A stretch of DNA of 63,114 bases, the filler included, from Collodictyon triciliatum (taxonomy: Eukaryota): assembly GCA_043381765.1 (NCBI GenBank). It is 5 parts of 5 records of this genome, joined end to end, with 100 filler letters (N's around TTAATTAATTAA, not from the genome) between each part and the next. Parts side by side here need not be neighbours in the genome. Positions count along the whole stretch, not along the records: positions 33,664 to 53,878 come from JBHJMP010000473.1; 4 more parts are not named here. One strand, written 5' to 3'. The notes beneath the pieces were generated by a model, which did no database searches, was not told the origin of the DNA, and worked only from the letters and a program-made list of their open reading frames with translations. This document shows positions 35,149 to 47,627 of the stretch, piece after piece. Made by a program: the position numbers and the translations under genes. Position 1 is the stretch's first letter. Every line of letters starts with the position of its first letter.

Positions 35149-36642
35149 ATGTCTTCAAGCACCCGGACGGTCTGCAGCTTGTGGACAGATAATTCGCTGA
35201 GGCATTGCGCAACAAACCACGGGGTTGTCTCTGATGGTGGATTCAGCTTCTCATACAATGGATCTCGCTCGTCTTATGGGAATCGCGTTGCCTTGGGCGT
35301 GGCGGAAGCTGTAAGCCGCTTTTAACTATGCTCCTTTGAATAATGACAATCATTCTTGGAGTGTGGTTCATCCATTTCCCTCTGTACAATTTTCTCCGTC
35401 TGCTATGAAGTTTTCTTTTATCACTAGGATTTTTTTAATTCATTAAGAATGCACGCTATATTTTTTCCTCCTTAATTCGATTCAAAGAGGATGTATGTTA
35501 CATTAATTGATAGAACCAGCCATAAGAGACAACCGCTCGCCTTGATCATTTTTTTCTTATTAGATGAAGTAAATTGAGATGTTAAGTAATAGATGTGACT
35601 CCTCTTATAAGGGTTGGAGTACTACAGGAAGCGGGATAAAGTACTTTGAAGTAACAATTGTAAATCGTGGATCTCGAGGGTGAGTTAACTAGCTTGTAAT
35701 GAACCTCATAAATTTTCTCAAGGGTTCTTTGAGATGAATAAAACATAGCGACACTTAAAAAGGAAAAGAAGAAAAAAAATGAAGAAATGAAAAAATGAAA
35801 AATGAAAAATGAAGAAAAAATGAAGAAAAAGAAAAGAAAAAGAAAAAGAAAAAGAAAAAGAAAAAGAAAAAGAAAAAGAAAAAGAAAAAGAAAAAGAAAA
35901 AGAAAAAGAAAAAGAAAAAGAAAAAGAAAGAAAAAAGAAAGAAAAAGATAGAAAAAAGAAAGAAAAGATATTACCTCGCTCAAAAGGAGTTAATGATGCT
36001 AACGAATTGATATAATAGATACATAGGTGTCGGATTAGTGCCTCAGAACTATGACCAAAATGCACAGCCAGGCTGGAAATCGAATTCGGTTGGATACCAC
36101 GCTGATGATAGTGGATTATTTACAGGCTCAGGGTACGAAATATACATATGAGTATCAAAAGAAATAAGAGAGGAACTATGAAGTCCGTTTCCCCCATCAA
36201 ATCGCCATACACTCCCACGTATCCAATATTAACTTAATCACGGATATTGGATCCTTAACTTCATATAAATTCATCGCTTTTTTTTTTTTTGATACTGGCC
36301 ATGTAAAAGCCGATATATAGCCCCAGGCAAATAATATCAATCAGTTTTTTCCAAGACAAAAATAGCTAATGTGAATATATCTTCAGGGGAGGATCCTCTT
36401 CGTCCATACCACCGAGGTGGGACCAGAATGGTGCAGTTACGGGATGTGGTATCAACTATGAAAATCGGAGAATATTTTTTACACGAGAAGGAGTCCTCCA
36501 AACACGAGGGGTTTCGATTCCAAATGTTCCTACACTTTATCCTGCTATAGGGCTACATTCAGACTCTGAGCATGTGACTGTAAACTTTGGGTCAAGTTTG
36601 TTTGCATATGACTTGGCAAACCTACACTCTATCGTGACATAA
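35149..36642 (+). CDS. SPRY-domain protein, tandem paralogue of 33820-34679 (4 exons)
   Basis: MSSSTRTVCSLW...VAEA-GWSTTGSGIKYFEVTIVNRGSRG-YIGVGL, QPGWKSNSVGYHADDSGLF, GAVTGCGINY, IFFTREG, LYPAIGL, VTVNFGSSLFAYD; intron positions match the neighbour. Confidence 0.88.
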
Positions 36643-38463
36643 TATGGTCAGTGCTTTACAAGCATATTTTTGTGTGTCATGATTTGACCTGTTTTAACAG
36701 AAAAATAATTCAAAATGCCCGATGCGATCGCCATGAATAAAGATATATGTGACCAAACCCAATAGAAAAGCCTAGAATTCCTTGTATATCAAAGAATCCC
36801 TACGAGAATGAGTGTCCTATGACATTATAAGATAAGTAAATTTTGCAGCCAAAGTTATCTTCCTCTTAATCCTCTCCAGGGAAACGAATACATACCTCGG
36901 CTTGGCCAAGATTGAAGCATCATTTGCATTCCTTGTATATATATGTGTGTGTTTTCTAACACACCTCCAACTCCCATTTATAATCTTTGAAGCGACAAAA
37001 TAAAGCATCTTATATGCTACGTCCGAACCAGCCAATTATCGCCCCAGGAGTTGGCAACTCTCTGCTTGACATATGCTGACTCATCCCCGAAGCATCCTCA
37101 CTTTGTCGCTGCATGGCGCCCACCAAGGCTAAGATATATCGCCCGGTCATTTTCTTTTGTGGGACAGGGACGAAATCAGTGACTTTCCGATACGATGAAA
37201 TATTTTGTGCCAGCCAATAAAATTAATTTGGAGAGCATCACTGTCGAAACAAGCGATCTTTCGATGGCATTTCCGGGCTGGTTCGTGTTTGACGTGCTTG
37301 ACAGTTTTCGTACATAACGGATACCCCAAAGCAACCATCTCCTTCATATCGTTTTTTTTCTTACATCAGTCTGTTTTTTTTTTTTTTTCCCTTTCTTGCT
37401 TCCTGACTTTAGTACGAATGCAAAATATATACTATTCCACGTTAAAAAAAGTGTGTATGGTGTCTTCATAACACTTGTTTCACTTATCTATATGTTATTT
37501 CCTTTTTTTTCTTTTTTTTTTTCTCTTGCTGGTGAGCCATCTTCGCAGACATGGCGCGCTCACCGCAAAAGAGCTCTGTTTCTGAAGACGACCCCTACCT
37601 TTCTTACCAATACCTATAAAACATAAGGTCAGTGCGGTAAACTATAGCGAGGATAGAGCGCCTCCTAGAAGGGGTCAGGTGCCTAAGACAGAGAAAAGTT
37701 CTGCCACCGCATTCTTATGAAAAGAACGGTCCAANNNNNNNNNNNNNNNNNNNNNNNNNNNNNNNNNNNNNNNNNNNNNNNNNNNNNNNNNNNNNNNNNN
37801 NNNNNNNNNNNNNNNNNNNNNNNNNNNNNNNNNNNNNNNNNNNNNNNNNNNNNNNNNNNNNNNNNNNNNNNNNNNNNNNNNNNNNNNNNNNNNNNNNNNN
37901 NNNNNNNNNNNNNNNNNNNNNNNNNNNNNNNNNNNNNNNNNNNNNNNNNNNNNNNNNNNNNNNNNNNNNNNNNNNNNNNNNNNNNNNNNNNNNNNNNNNN
38001 NNNNNNNNNNNNNNNNNNNNNNNNNNNNNNNNNNNNNNNNNNNNNNNNNNNNNNNNNNNNNNNNNNNNNNNNNNNNNNNNNNNNNNNNNNNNNNNNNNNN
38101 NNNNNNNNNNNNNNNNNNNNNNNNNNNNNNNNNNNNNNNNNNNNNNNNNNNNNNNNNNNNNNNNNNNNNNNNNNNNNNNNNNNNNNNNNNNNNNNNNNNN
38201 NNNNNNNNNNNNNNNNNNNNNNNNNNNNNNNNNNNNNNNNNNNNNNNNNNNNNNNNNNNNNNNNNNNNNNNNNNNNATAATAAATAATAAATAATAAATA
38301 ATAAATAATAAATAATAAATAATAAATAAATAAATAAACAAGTCAATGATAAAAATGAAATCACATGAGAATGCGTGAAATTTGCTGTTGATTTAGTATA
38401 TCATTGTATTTAAAATATTTATCATGAGAAAAATAATCAGTAATGTATTTGATGAAAAGTAAC

Positions 38464-39067
38464 ATGCGAATCACTATGATCGGTGATGAAGAGACACTGC
38501 TCGGGGCTGTTTGTCGTATATATGCCTGATACAACCCCACCAGCATGAATGACGCCCAAAGCAGCTATGTACCATTCAGGACTGTTAAACCCAATTATGG
38601 AGACGGATTTCTTCTCCTTTAATCCACAAGCTATCATCGCCTATTTTTCCCCCCTTTATTAGCTATCATCTCCTATTTGATTACATACTGCAATATAAGA
38701 CCTCCCCTTTATTCAGCTCTTTATTAATAGAATAATTCAAAAAATATGCTTAATAATATGCCTTTGCAGCTGCCAAAACATCTACTCGATATTGGGAATA
38801 AGTCCATGACACCCAACGCTCCTGTCTTTTGACATTCATCGCAACGGCTGATGGATACCTACGATGACGAAAATGGTCGTTTTTTTTATATTTCCTCTCC
38901 TTATTTTTTTTTTTTTAAAAAAAAGAATATGGCCTTAATGATGATGCCTGAAATGCTCTTATTAATTGTTACTTCTCAGCCGTATCCTTGAAAAAAGAAG
39001 GTATTGTCACCAAGTCACTGTCAAGGACATGAGGTATCAAGGGGCGTTGTATGGTTGTGTTGGACAT
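38464..39067 (-). CDS. Long-chain acyl-CoA synthetase (bubblegum/ACSBG-type), N-terminal exons, running into a gap
   Basis: TIPSFFKDTAEKYP, WVSWTYSQY, VSIIGFNSPEW, GVVSGIYTTNSPEQC. Start codon uncertain. Confidence 0.85.
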
Positions 39068-39363
39068 CCAATTAAACTTGAAACACCCAGGGTATGCTGC
39101 TCAGTAATTTGAGTCATGGAAAAAAGGAATATTAAATTATGCGTATAATAAGATGCCTAGTTAAGTCGCATTTTAGGCGCTTGCCGTTCCGTTCTCCTCT
39201 TCTTTTTTTTTTTAGTTCTTCCTTTACCTGTCTCTCTACTATCTTATCTAGTTTCCTTTTCTCTATTCCTCTTTGCCCCTTTTTTTTTAGCTTTTGCTTT
39301 TTATCTTCTATTACGTATTGAATGCGATAGCTACTAAATTAAACTGATTCCTCAGGATTGTTG

Positions 39364-39463
39364 AAACAAAAACAAAAACAAAAACAAAAACAAAAACAAA
39401 AACAAAAACAAAAACAAAAACAAAAACAAAAACAAAAACAAAAACAAAAACAAAAACAAAAAC
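39364..39463. repeat. (CAAAAA)n microsatellite abutting the LINE fragment
   Basis: Direct inspection. Confidence 0.97.
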
Positions 39464-40415
39464 GACCAGCACGTAGCTTCCAAACTATCCCGTCAATTTC
39501 CCAGTGATATGAATAATTAAAAGGGGGTTCGATCAGTCCCTTTGTCACCAGAACAAAAGCATACTTTCTCAATCCCCTGCCTCTTAATTTACGGCACTCG
39601 GACTGGCACTTGTGTCAATTCCGGTTGGTGCCGCGGGAGTTTGTAACCTGTGCTCGTCATACATATTGCGTCGGTCGATTATCGAGCGCCAATCAGTCAC
39701 AACTGTCAATCCCAATTGGGCAAAATCAAATCAACTGATATGGGTTGCGATTTCGTCATCAGGCGAATTTTGTCCTGCACTTATCACCGAGGGATTGTAC
39801 GGGCCCAATTCTTTGTGGCGCTGGGATATGTTGCTCAATATCTCCAACAGAGAGCTGTGGATAGATACGCGTGTAGTCCATGCAGCAACGACCTCTCCAG
39901 AATGCACCATGTGCCATAGTGGAGGCTCTATCGAACACACATTTGTGAAGTGCTCTCTTGCTCAAAAAAGTGACCGAATCAACCCACAATATGCTCTCTG
40001 AGCTTGATTATGCTCCCAACCGACTCAGCGCGTCCGACATCCTGTTTGGCGCACAATAACAAATGACCCGCGACTCTAGAATACTCTGGACAGCCACAAG
40101 GGGACATATGCTGTGGTCCCTATGGAGTGTGCGCGCATTCTCTCGCTCCAATGATTCACCCGAACGAGAAATCAATGTATCCAGGCTGGAAAGCCTCGTG
40201 CAATACAGCTTCCTGAACAGCCTGCTGAAACACGCTCGCATTCTTCGCTACTCTGACCGCAAGCAAACAGAGATGTGGGAATGTGTCGTAAGATATCTCC
40301 CGCAGCATATCCACGGCCACCAAGTAGCGTCCATGCAAACTTTGGCTAGCGAACTAAAGCATCTCCACCATCCTGCACAAAATTGAAAGGAAGAATAAAA
40401 ATAATAAAAAAATAA
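39464..40415 (+). mobile_element. Decayed 5'-truncated non-LTR retrotransposon (L1/Tx1-like ORF2 C-terminus, zf-RVT)
   Basis: Intronless GC-richer block with CTMCHSGGSIEHTFVKC and downstream ILFG...LWSLWSVR; a frameshift in the A-run near 39965, an in-frame TAA near 40057, and an A-rich tail after the stop at 40386. Confidence 0.78.
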
Positions 40416-40788
40416 TCTCCCGCATCATATCCAACCCCTGCTACCCACCCAACCAATCAACCAGTTGGGATGCCCACCTGACCAGGTCGCTATCACTGAT
40501 TTCTTTCCAGTGCTAGACTCTCCACAGTAGTGTCTTCCCCTACTCCCGTTTGCTCTCTACATGCGCACCTATCTCAGGGAATGAACTATCCTAATGTTGA
40601 TAACGTACATTCTAATTTTTTTGGAGCACAGGACAAATCATCAGGCCGGAAAAATAAACTTTATTTTCCAGTTTCAAAGAGGACTCAGTTTTGGGCAAAC
40701 ATTGCCATTGGTGCGCAATCAGGAAGAGAAGAGAAAAAAAATATAAAGAATAGAAGACTCCCACAGAACAAAGAACTTCACGAATGTC

Positions 40789-42648
40789 TCATTTTCCAAC
40801 AAAATCAGCCCCATACAACGTTGCAATCTCGTTCTCGTATTTCCTGGGTTGAAAACTACCATCAGAGACTAACAAATCAAAGCATGAGAGTTCTTTTCAA
40901 ACATGTTCTTTTCCCCTTTTGATATAAAAACGTACTTGTAAATGATGTGCCGACGAAGCTTCAGTGTCGCAGTGAGCTCCGCTTCTTCTCCTTCAAACAC
41001 AAACTCGTTCGGTAGTACCTTCACCTTCTTAATCGTTTGTACCTGTGCGAGACTCTTGTTGATTTCTCCAATATACTTTTCCACATGCTTGATAAAGACC
41101 TGGTCCCTGTTATTATTATTTTTTCACTCACTTAATATTCCGACAATCCAAGAATATCAGTGTGTATCCATCTTTCTAACAGAACGGTGGGTGGTGTCGG
41201 TTGATGGGATGGACTCGTACGTGGATGCCTCTTTTGTGTTTGTTGCGCTGCTTCCGATTTCTTGAGCGACTTTACGTATAGTCTCGGGGTCGACCACAAC
41301 AAGTCCCACTATTCCATACATCACGCTTCGATGTTACAAGCTGAATATCACAGAGCTGAGATGTATGGAGAGTGGAAGGATACATACCCATGTACTTTTG
41401 TCTGTCTCCGTATGCGACAAACTGGCCAACGCCAGGAATCACCTTCATCTTGTCTTCGATGGCGGTGGGTGCGATGTTCTCACCTCCGGCCGTGATGATG
41501 AGCTCTTTCTTTCTTCCGACAATATAGACAAATCCCTGATGACAAGGCATCACAATTAGCAATCTCCAAATACTGTGTACAGGAATATATGTATGTGTGA
41601 TGGAAACCTCATCATCGATTTTCCCAAGGTCACCAGTGTGGAGCCACCCATCTTTGTCGATTGTTGCAGCCGTAGCCTCGGGGTCTTTCCAATACCCTTT
41701 CTATTATCCAATTGATTATGCATCTTAGTCCGGATATAATGGATTGCTCGCTGAGCTTTCCAATTTTTTATTTCGCTGTAATGAGAGCACATTCAAGCAC
41801 TTACAAACATAAAGTGGCCTCTCAGACAGAGTTCTCCGTCATCGAATATTCTAGCCTCCCCTCCACCAATCTAAAGGATAATTTAAATGATGGGGCGTAT
41901 GTATTAAATCAAGAATCTTTTTAAAAAAAATACCATTGGCCCAACAGAGCCCAGTTTGTGCCATCCTGGGTAGCACACTGTGACTGGCCCACTGGTTTCG
42001 CTCATACCAAATAGCTCGTATAGGGGAATCCCCTGCGTTAAAGGTGAGGTGCATAAAAAAAGAACATAAGCGAAGTTCCATGATATAGTTATTTTCGTGT
42101 TCTATGATTCCTTGGCTACTCACAAGACTCATGAAGTATTCAAAAGTGGATCGGCTTGTTGGGGCTGCTCCTGTGAAAAAGTACTTGCAACGATCAAACC
42201 CAAGGGCCTGGCGGACCTGAACGATGGAATGATGTTAAAAAAAAATGGCAACCTGGGTTAGTCCTAGCGATAATGAAGTGTATGTGATGTCTGTTTTGTG
42301 GTTAGTCAAGTGCGTGAACGGGCGTACCTTTTTGAATATAGTTTTCTGCAAAATGTCGTATGTCACTCCTGGTTGTTGATTTTCAAGCTTCCTGTATGCA
42401 CCCACCAATCCTTTCTTCTTCGCCCAAGTGGAAATGGCCTTCGACACTTCAGGTTTAACGGCACCATATTAATCAAGTGGTGTATTGGTATGAAGATGAA
42501 GATGAAGATGATTCAAATCACACAAAAAAAGTAGACAAAATATAGAGACTGGAGGACCTCCTCCGCGGCTGGCCCCAGCAGCTCTGAGGGCTGATTCTAT
42601 TTTCTCCCAAACGCGAGGAACCCCGAAGAAGGCTGTTGGTCGGACTTC
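40789..42648 (-). CDS. Long-chain acyl-CoA synthetase (bubblegum/ACSBG-type), C-terminal exons, 5'-partial
   Basis: [83 protein letters not shown]. Confidence 0.9.
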
Positions 42649-42721
42649 TTTTAGTGTCTAGTAACAGGTGAATTTAAAATAGTACCAAATAGTTGTAGTT
42701 GCGTCAAGGGATAGGCAATAA

Positions 42722-43020
42722 TACACACACACACACACACACATACATACATACATACATACATACATACATACATACATACATACATACATACATACAT
42801 ACATACATACATACATACATACANNNNNNNNNNNNNNNNNNNNNNNNNNNNNNNNNNNNNNNNNNNNNNNNNNNNNNNNNNNNNNNNNNNNNNNNNNNNN
42901 NNNNNNNNNNNNNNNNNNNNNNNCATACATACATACATACATACATACATACATACATACATACATACATACATACATACATACATACATACATACATAC
43001 ATACATACATACATACACAC
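42722..43020. repeat. (CA)n/(CATA)n microsatellite spanning a gap
   Basis: Direct inspection. Confidence 0.95.
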
Positions 43021-43177
43021 ATAAATGAACTAAATAACTCGATCAATCAACGAAAAAATTGATACATAATGAAATAGCTGCCTCTTGGAAAACTCGAGGC
43101 GATTACAAATGCAGCGGAGCTAAACGAGAGAATGCTAAAAAGTTGCCCAAGAATCGAGCCGGAGACAGAAGAATTTC

Positions 43178-45795
43178 ATGGAAAAATTAAAGGATTTATT
43201 TCAGTAAGCCCATTTCCATATAATAAATTATTCCCTTTTATGTATTTAAACAAAATAAAATTATGTTATTCATGAAAAAGATGCATCTGAATAAGGACAC
43301 TATTTTCTACAATAATCAATATTTCTGTCAATATTTTTTTGGTATTATCATAAAGCAAATTATTCTGGTGTCTATCTAGCGTTAAGAACTTGCTATTACT
43401 GATTTTCGATGACAAATTTCCAAAGAAACTTCAAAAAGCAGCACCCTTGTATAGTGGATCCATAGAGTCTTTTTTCAAGGGACAGGATGACAGTTCAGAG
43501 TTAGCATCAGCCTTCGAAAAACTTCCCAGCTTTGCCCGCCGAAGTTTAATGGCAGAGTTGCTCTCTCTTTGTAGAACATTATTGAAGGACATATCAAATT
43601 CAGATGATTTTGATATGAAAACATCCAATCTTGAAAATATTTCAACCCAAGACCAACAGCAAATCGTAGAAAGTGATATTTTTGTTAAGAGCATCGCATA
43701 CAGTGAGTCTGACTTATCGAAATCAAAGACTTCCGTGCAATTACCCCCATTATCAAAGAGTGCATTGCCTACACCAGATAGAGATCGAAATATAAGCGAA
43801 ACAAGGAGTTCTCCGTCTCGGAGACAAGATGCCAATAAAGATATAGACAAGTCGACAAACGCTGTTTCTGAATCAATCGAAAAGTTTCAACAGGATATAC
43901 CACCATCAAACCAGGGCGTCAGAACTCCCGAAAAAGAAAAGGTATCATTCTAGGTTCAAGAAGCCAAGCTATTAGGATACCTTTCTTGATGTATGTTTTA
44001 TTTCTCTTTGATATAACTGTAATGCTATCACTTTTAGACCACCCCAGGAAAAAGACCCGAATTTCTTTGTGCACGACAGAAACTATCGACCCGAACGGGG
44101 TCAATATTAAAGTTAACTAGCGTACTATTCAAAATTAAGACGGCCAAACGTATTTTTAATCAGGATACCTGTTATACAAAGCCAGATATCGCTAAACAAG
44201 TATTTTCTATGCTCTCAAACACACCATCTGAGTCCCTCTCTAAATTTATGAATACCTGGAAATTGCTAGAAGAAAATGAAAAAGAAGAATGGATGAGAGA
44301 AACAGCTCACCAATTTGTCCGCATTGGAACCGCAATATCAGTTTATTCGGAGGCAACTTCGCATGCAAAGCCAAAAGATTCTCTTAATGAAATAATTCAA
44401 TCCATCCAATCTATAATAAAATCAAGGTTTGTGCATGTCTATAAACTATCCAAGTCTAGAAGGCATTTTTCAGTGGTTGCCTCAACAACTGATATTACAA
44501 AAGACCAGGTTTTTGACAGTGCTTTGGGTTTTGTAGGCTCAATTCTAGGGTCGAAAAAACTAAAGCATATACCAATTTTTGAAAAAAGTCATGTTATCTC
44601 AGAGGATCTAGATAATGGATTTATTGGAAGTTCAATTTATGCATGCCCGTTAGAGGATAATTCAGACGTTGTGATAGGATGTCTTGTGATAGGTGGTAGC
44701 CAGTTTACGATAGAGGACATCCGTTTGATGGAGACATTATGCTCTTTTACAAGTTTAATCCTAGATAATGAAATACTCTCCGAACAGGAAGCACAAATGA
44801 GAAAAAGATTCAACTTTTTAGTAGAACTATCAAACTTGGTTTCTTCAGAACTTCTTATCGAACCTTTAGTTGATTTAATCAGACTCAAATCTTGCGAGTT
44901 ATTGGATGCAGAAAAGTGCATGGTCTACCTAGTTGACAGTACTTGCGATGTAAGTATCACTCGTATGTTTCAAAGAAGTATCATACATTTGATTGTCCCC
45001 CCCCCCCCAAGAGGGGTTGTTATTAATTATTCTCCTTGTTACTCTGAAAAAAAATCAAGCCTTACTTAATTGATTTTTACACTTCTTTTAATAATTTGAG
45101 GGATTATACATAACCAGAAACAATATCTGCAGGTGTTGAGAAAAGAAAGTATAGCCGAACATGTGTTCAGAACCGGCCAACTGGTAAATATCCATGACAT
45201 TTCGACAGACAATCGATTTAGTCATTTGCTTTCTTTTGATTCTGTGAATGGAAACCCAACAAAGAATGTATTGTGCTCACCTATCAAGAGAAAAGACAAT
45301 AATTCAATCGTTGGGGTTATTCAAGTTGTGAATAAATCAAATGATACTTTCAGTAAAGAAGATGAAGAACTTTTGAACTCCTTTTGTATTCAAATAGCTA
45401 TATCGATAACAAATTCACAAATATATGAAAGAGAAATGAAGGAGAAACAAAAATTTCAAGCATTGGCTGAAGTGGCTCAATTAGTTTCATCTGAATTGAA
45501 ATTAGAACCCTTGATTAAGGTTCCCCTCTATTTTGAATTTTTTTTTCAAAAGTGCGTACTAATGTTAAACCTTATAGAATCCATACTTAATATCTTTTAA
45601 CAATGTATTCTAATAGCTTCTGAGGGATAAATCAAGGGAATTAGCAAATGCCGACAGATGTGCACTCTTCTTGGCTGACCCCAGGAAGAAAGAATTAAAT
45701 ACCCGCGTTTTGGAGGGACATGTGTGTTAAAATTATTCATTCAAATTTATGATGAATTTGTAATATATTCACATAATTTTACACTGGCAGGGGTC

Positions 45796-45894
<99 letters not shown>

Positions 45895-47547
45895 AATATC
45901 CGAATAAAAACAAACGTGCAGGATATAAGAGTACCATTCGGTTCTGGTATTGTTGGCCACGTAGCTAGGACCGGGCTGAGCTTAAACATTCCAGATGCTT
46001 ATGAAGACCCCAAATTTAATCCAGATATTGATAAACTAATTGGATACAAATCAAAGTCGATATTATGTACCCCTGTCAAGCTTGGGGATGGACAGGTTCG
46101 AAATATATTTTTCTTCCTCGGGTATTCAGATCACGGCAAAAAAAAAAAAAAATAATGTAAAAGTGGCATTTTTATTCCCTAAAGTTTGGAATACTCTTTG
46201 CAAGGTCTCGAAAGGAAGAATAAAATAAAAATTTTTATGAGGTCCCAGATAATGAAAAAGTCAGATTATATTATTTTATGTAGGTAATAGGAGCACTGCA
46301 GATGGTCAATAAATTATCAGGAGAGTGTTTCAACAAAGATGATGAGGATTTGCTCTCTGCCTTTTGCACACAGGCTGCAATAGCAATTTACAATTCTCAA
46401 CTTTACGAAGAAGCATTCGAATCAAACCAATACTTGCAAAACATTTTATCATCTATAAATCACTACGTATTGCACATAGGTATATTGTTTAACTGCACAC
46501 TTGTTACTGTAAAGCATATATAAAACCACTTCCTTCCCTTGAATCAAATAAAAAAATATACATTTGTTGTAATTATAATGCGGGCCACAATATTGCTTAA
46601 TTTTTATAATTTACTTAAATTATACATGCCGTTCAAACCTAGGCGCTGATGGAATTCTCCGAACTGTCAATCACAACTTGATGGAGTTATTTGGTGAAGA
46701 AGAAAGCTACTTCAAATCAAAAAGCACGAAGGTAATTTTTTTAATACAAAATCGATATGCATTATAGTTGTGCAAAAAGGAATGAATGGTTTTTTATTTC
46801 CTCTTCTTGTTTGTCTTTTCCAATTATGATAGGAATGGTTCACGCTAACTAATGCAAGACTATTGGATGATTTGGAGTCAGTGCAAGTCTCAAGAAGGAA
46901 AAATGTTTACGTCAAAAATTTTAATCTTGTTCCAAAGTCTCCAGTACCATATAAGAATTACGGTTTGTAATTAGAATTCTTTTCCATATCATTTTTATTA
47001 TATAAATGTAGATTTCTTACTATTTCCCACAAAACCAATACTATACAGAGAATCCTATAATAACGCGAGAGCATGGAGATAACATTACCAGCAGCACGCA
47101 GCAGAGACTTTCCATACCTATCAACTACATGATAACTTGTCTGTCCAACTTGAAAGGCAACTCTGACGGTGTTCTATTGATTATAGAAGACCTTACACTA
47201 ATAGAATTAATGAAAAAAGAAGTTGACATCCTTCAACTTCACATCGGGAATATAAAAAACCAGGCCACAAAAGTCATAGAGGCTCCAATAAAGGTAGCAG
47301 ATCTTTTTACCCGAAATAACCCTATTATTTGATCACTTATATAGTCAGCATATACTAGGCTCAAATGAGATTGAAAATTGTCGAGAAAAAATCATAGAAA
47401 GAACCAAAAAAAAGAACCAAAAAACAAAAACAAAAAAAAGAACAAAANNNNNNNNNNNNNNNNNNNNNNNNNNNNNNNNNNNNNNNNNNNNNNNNNNNNN
47501 NNNNNNNNNNNNNNNNNNNNNNNNNNNNNNNNNNNNNNNNNNNNNNN

Positions 47548-47627
<80 letters not shown>

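Noticed and set aside
36950-37734. GC-richer blocks with an IQ-like QTWRAHRKR string
   Set aside because: Stops in all frames and no consistent exon chain; too weak to call.
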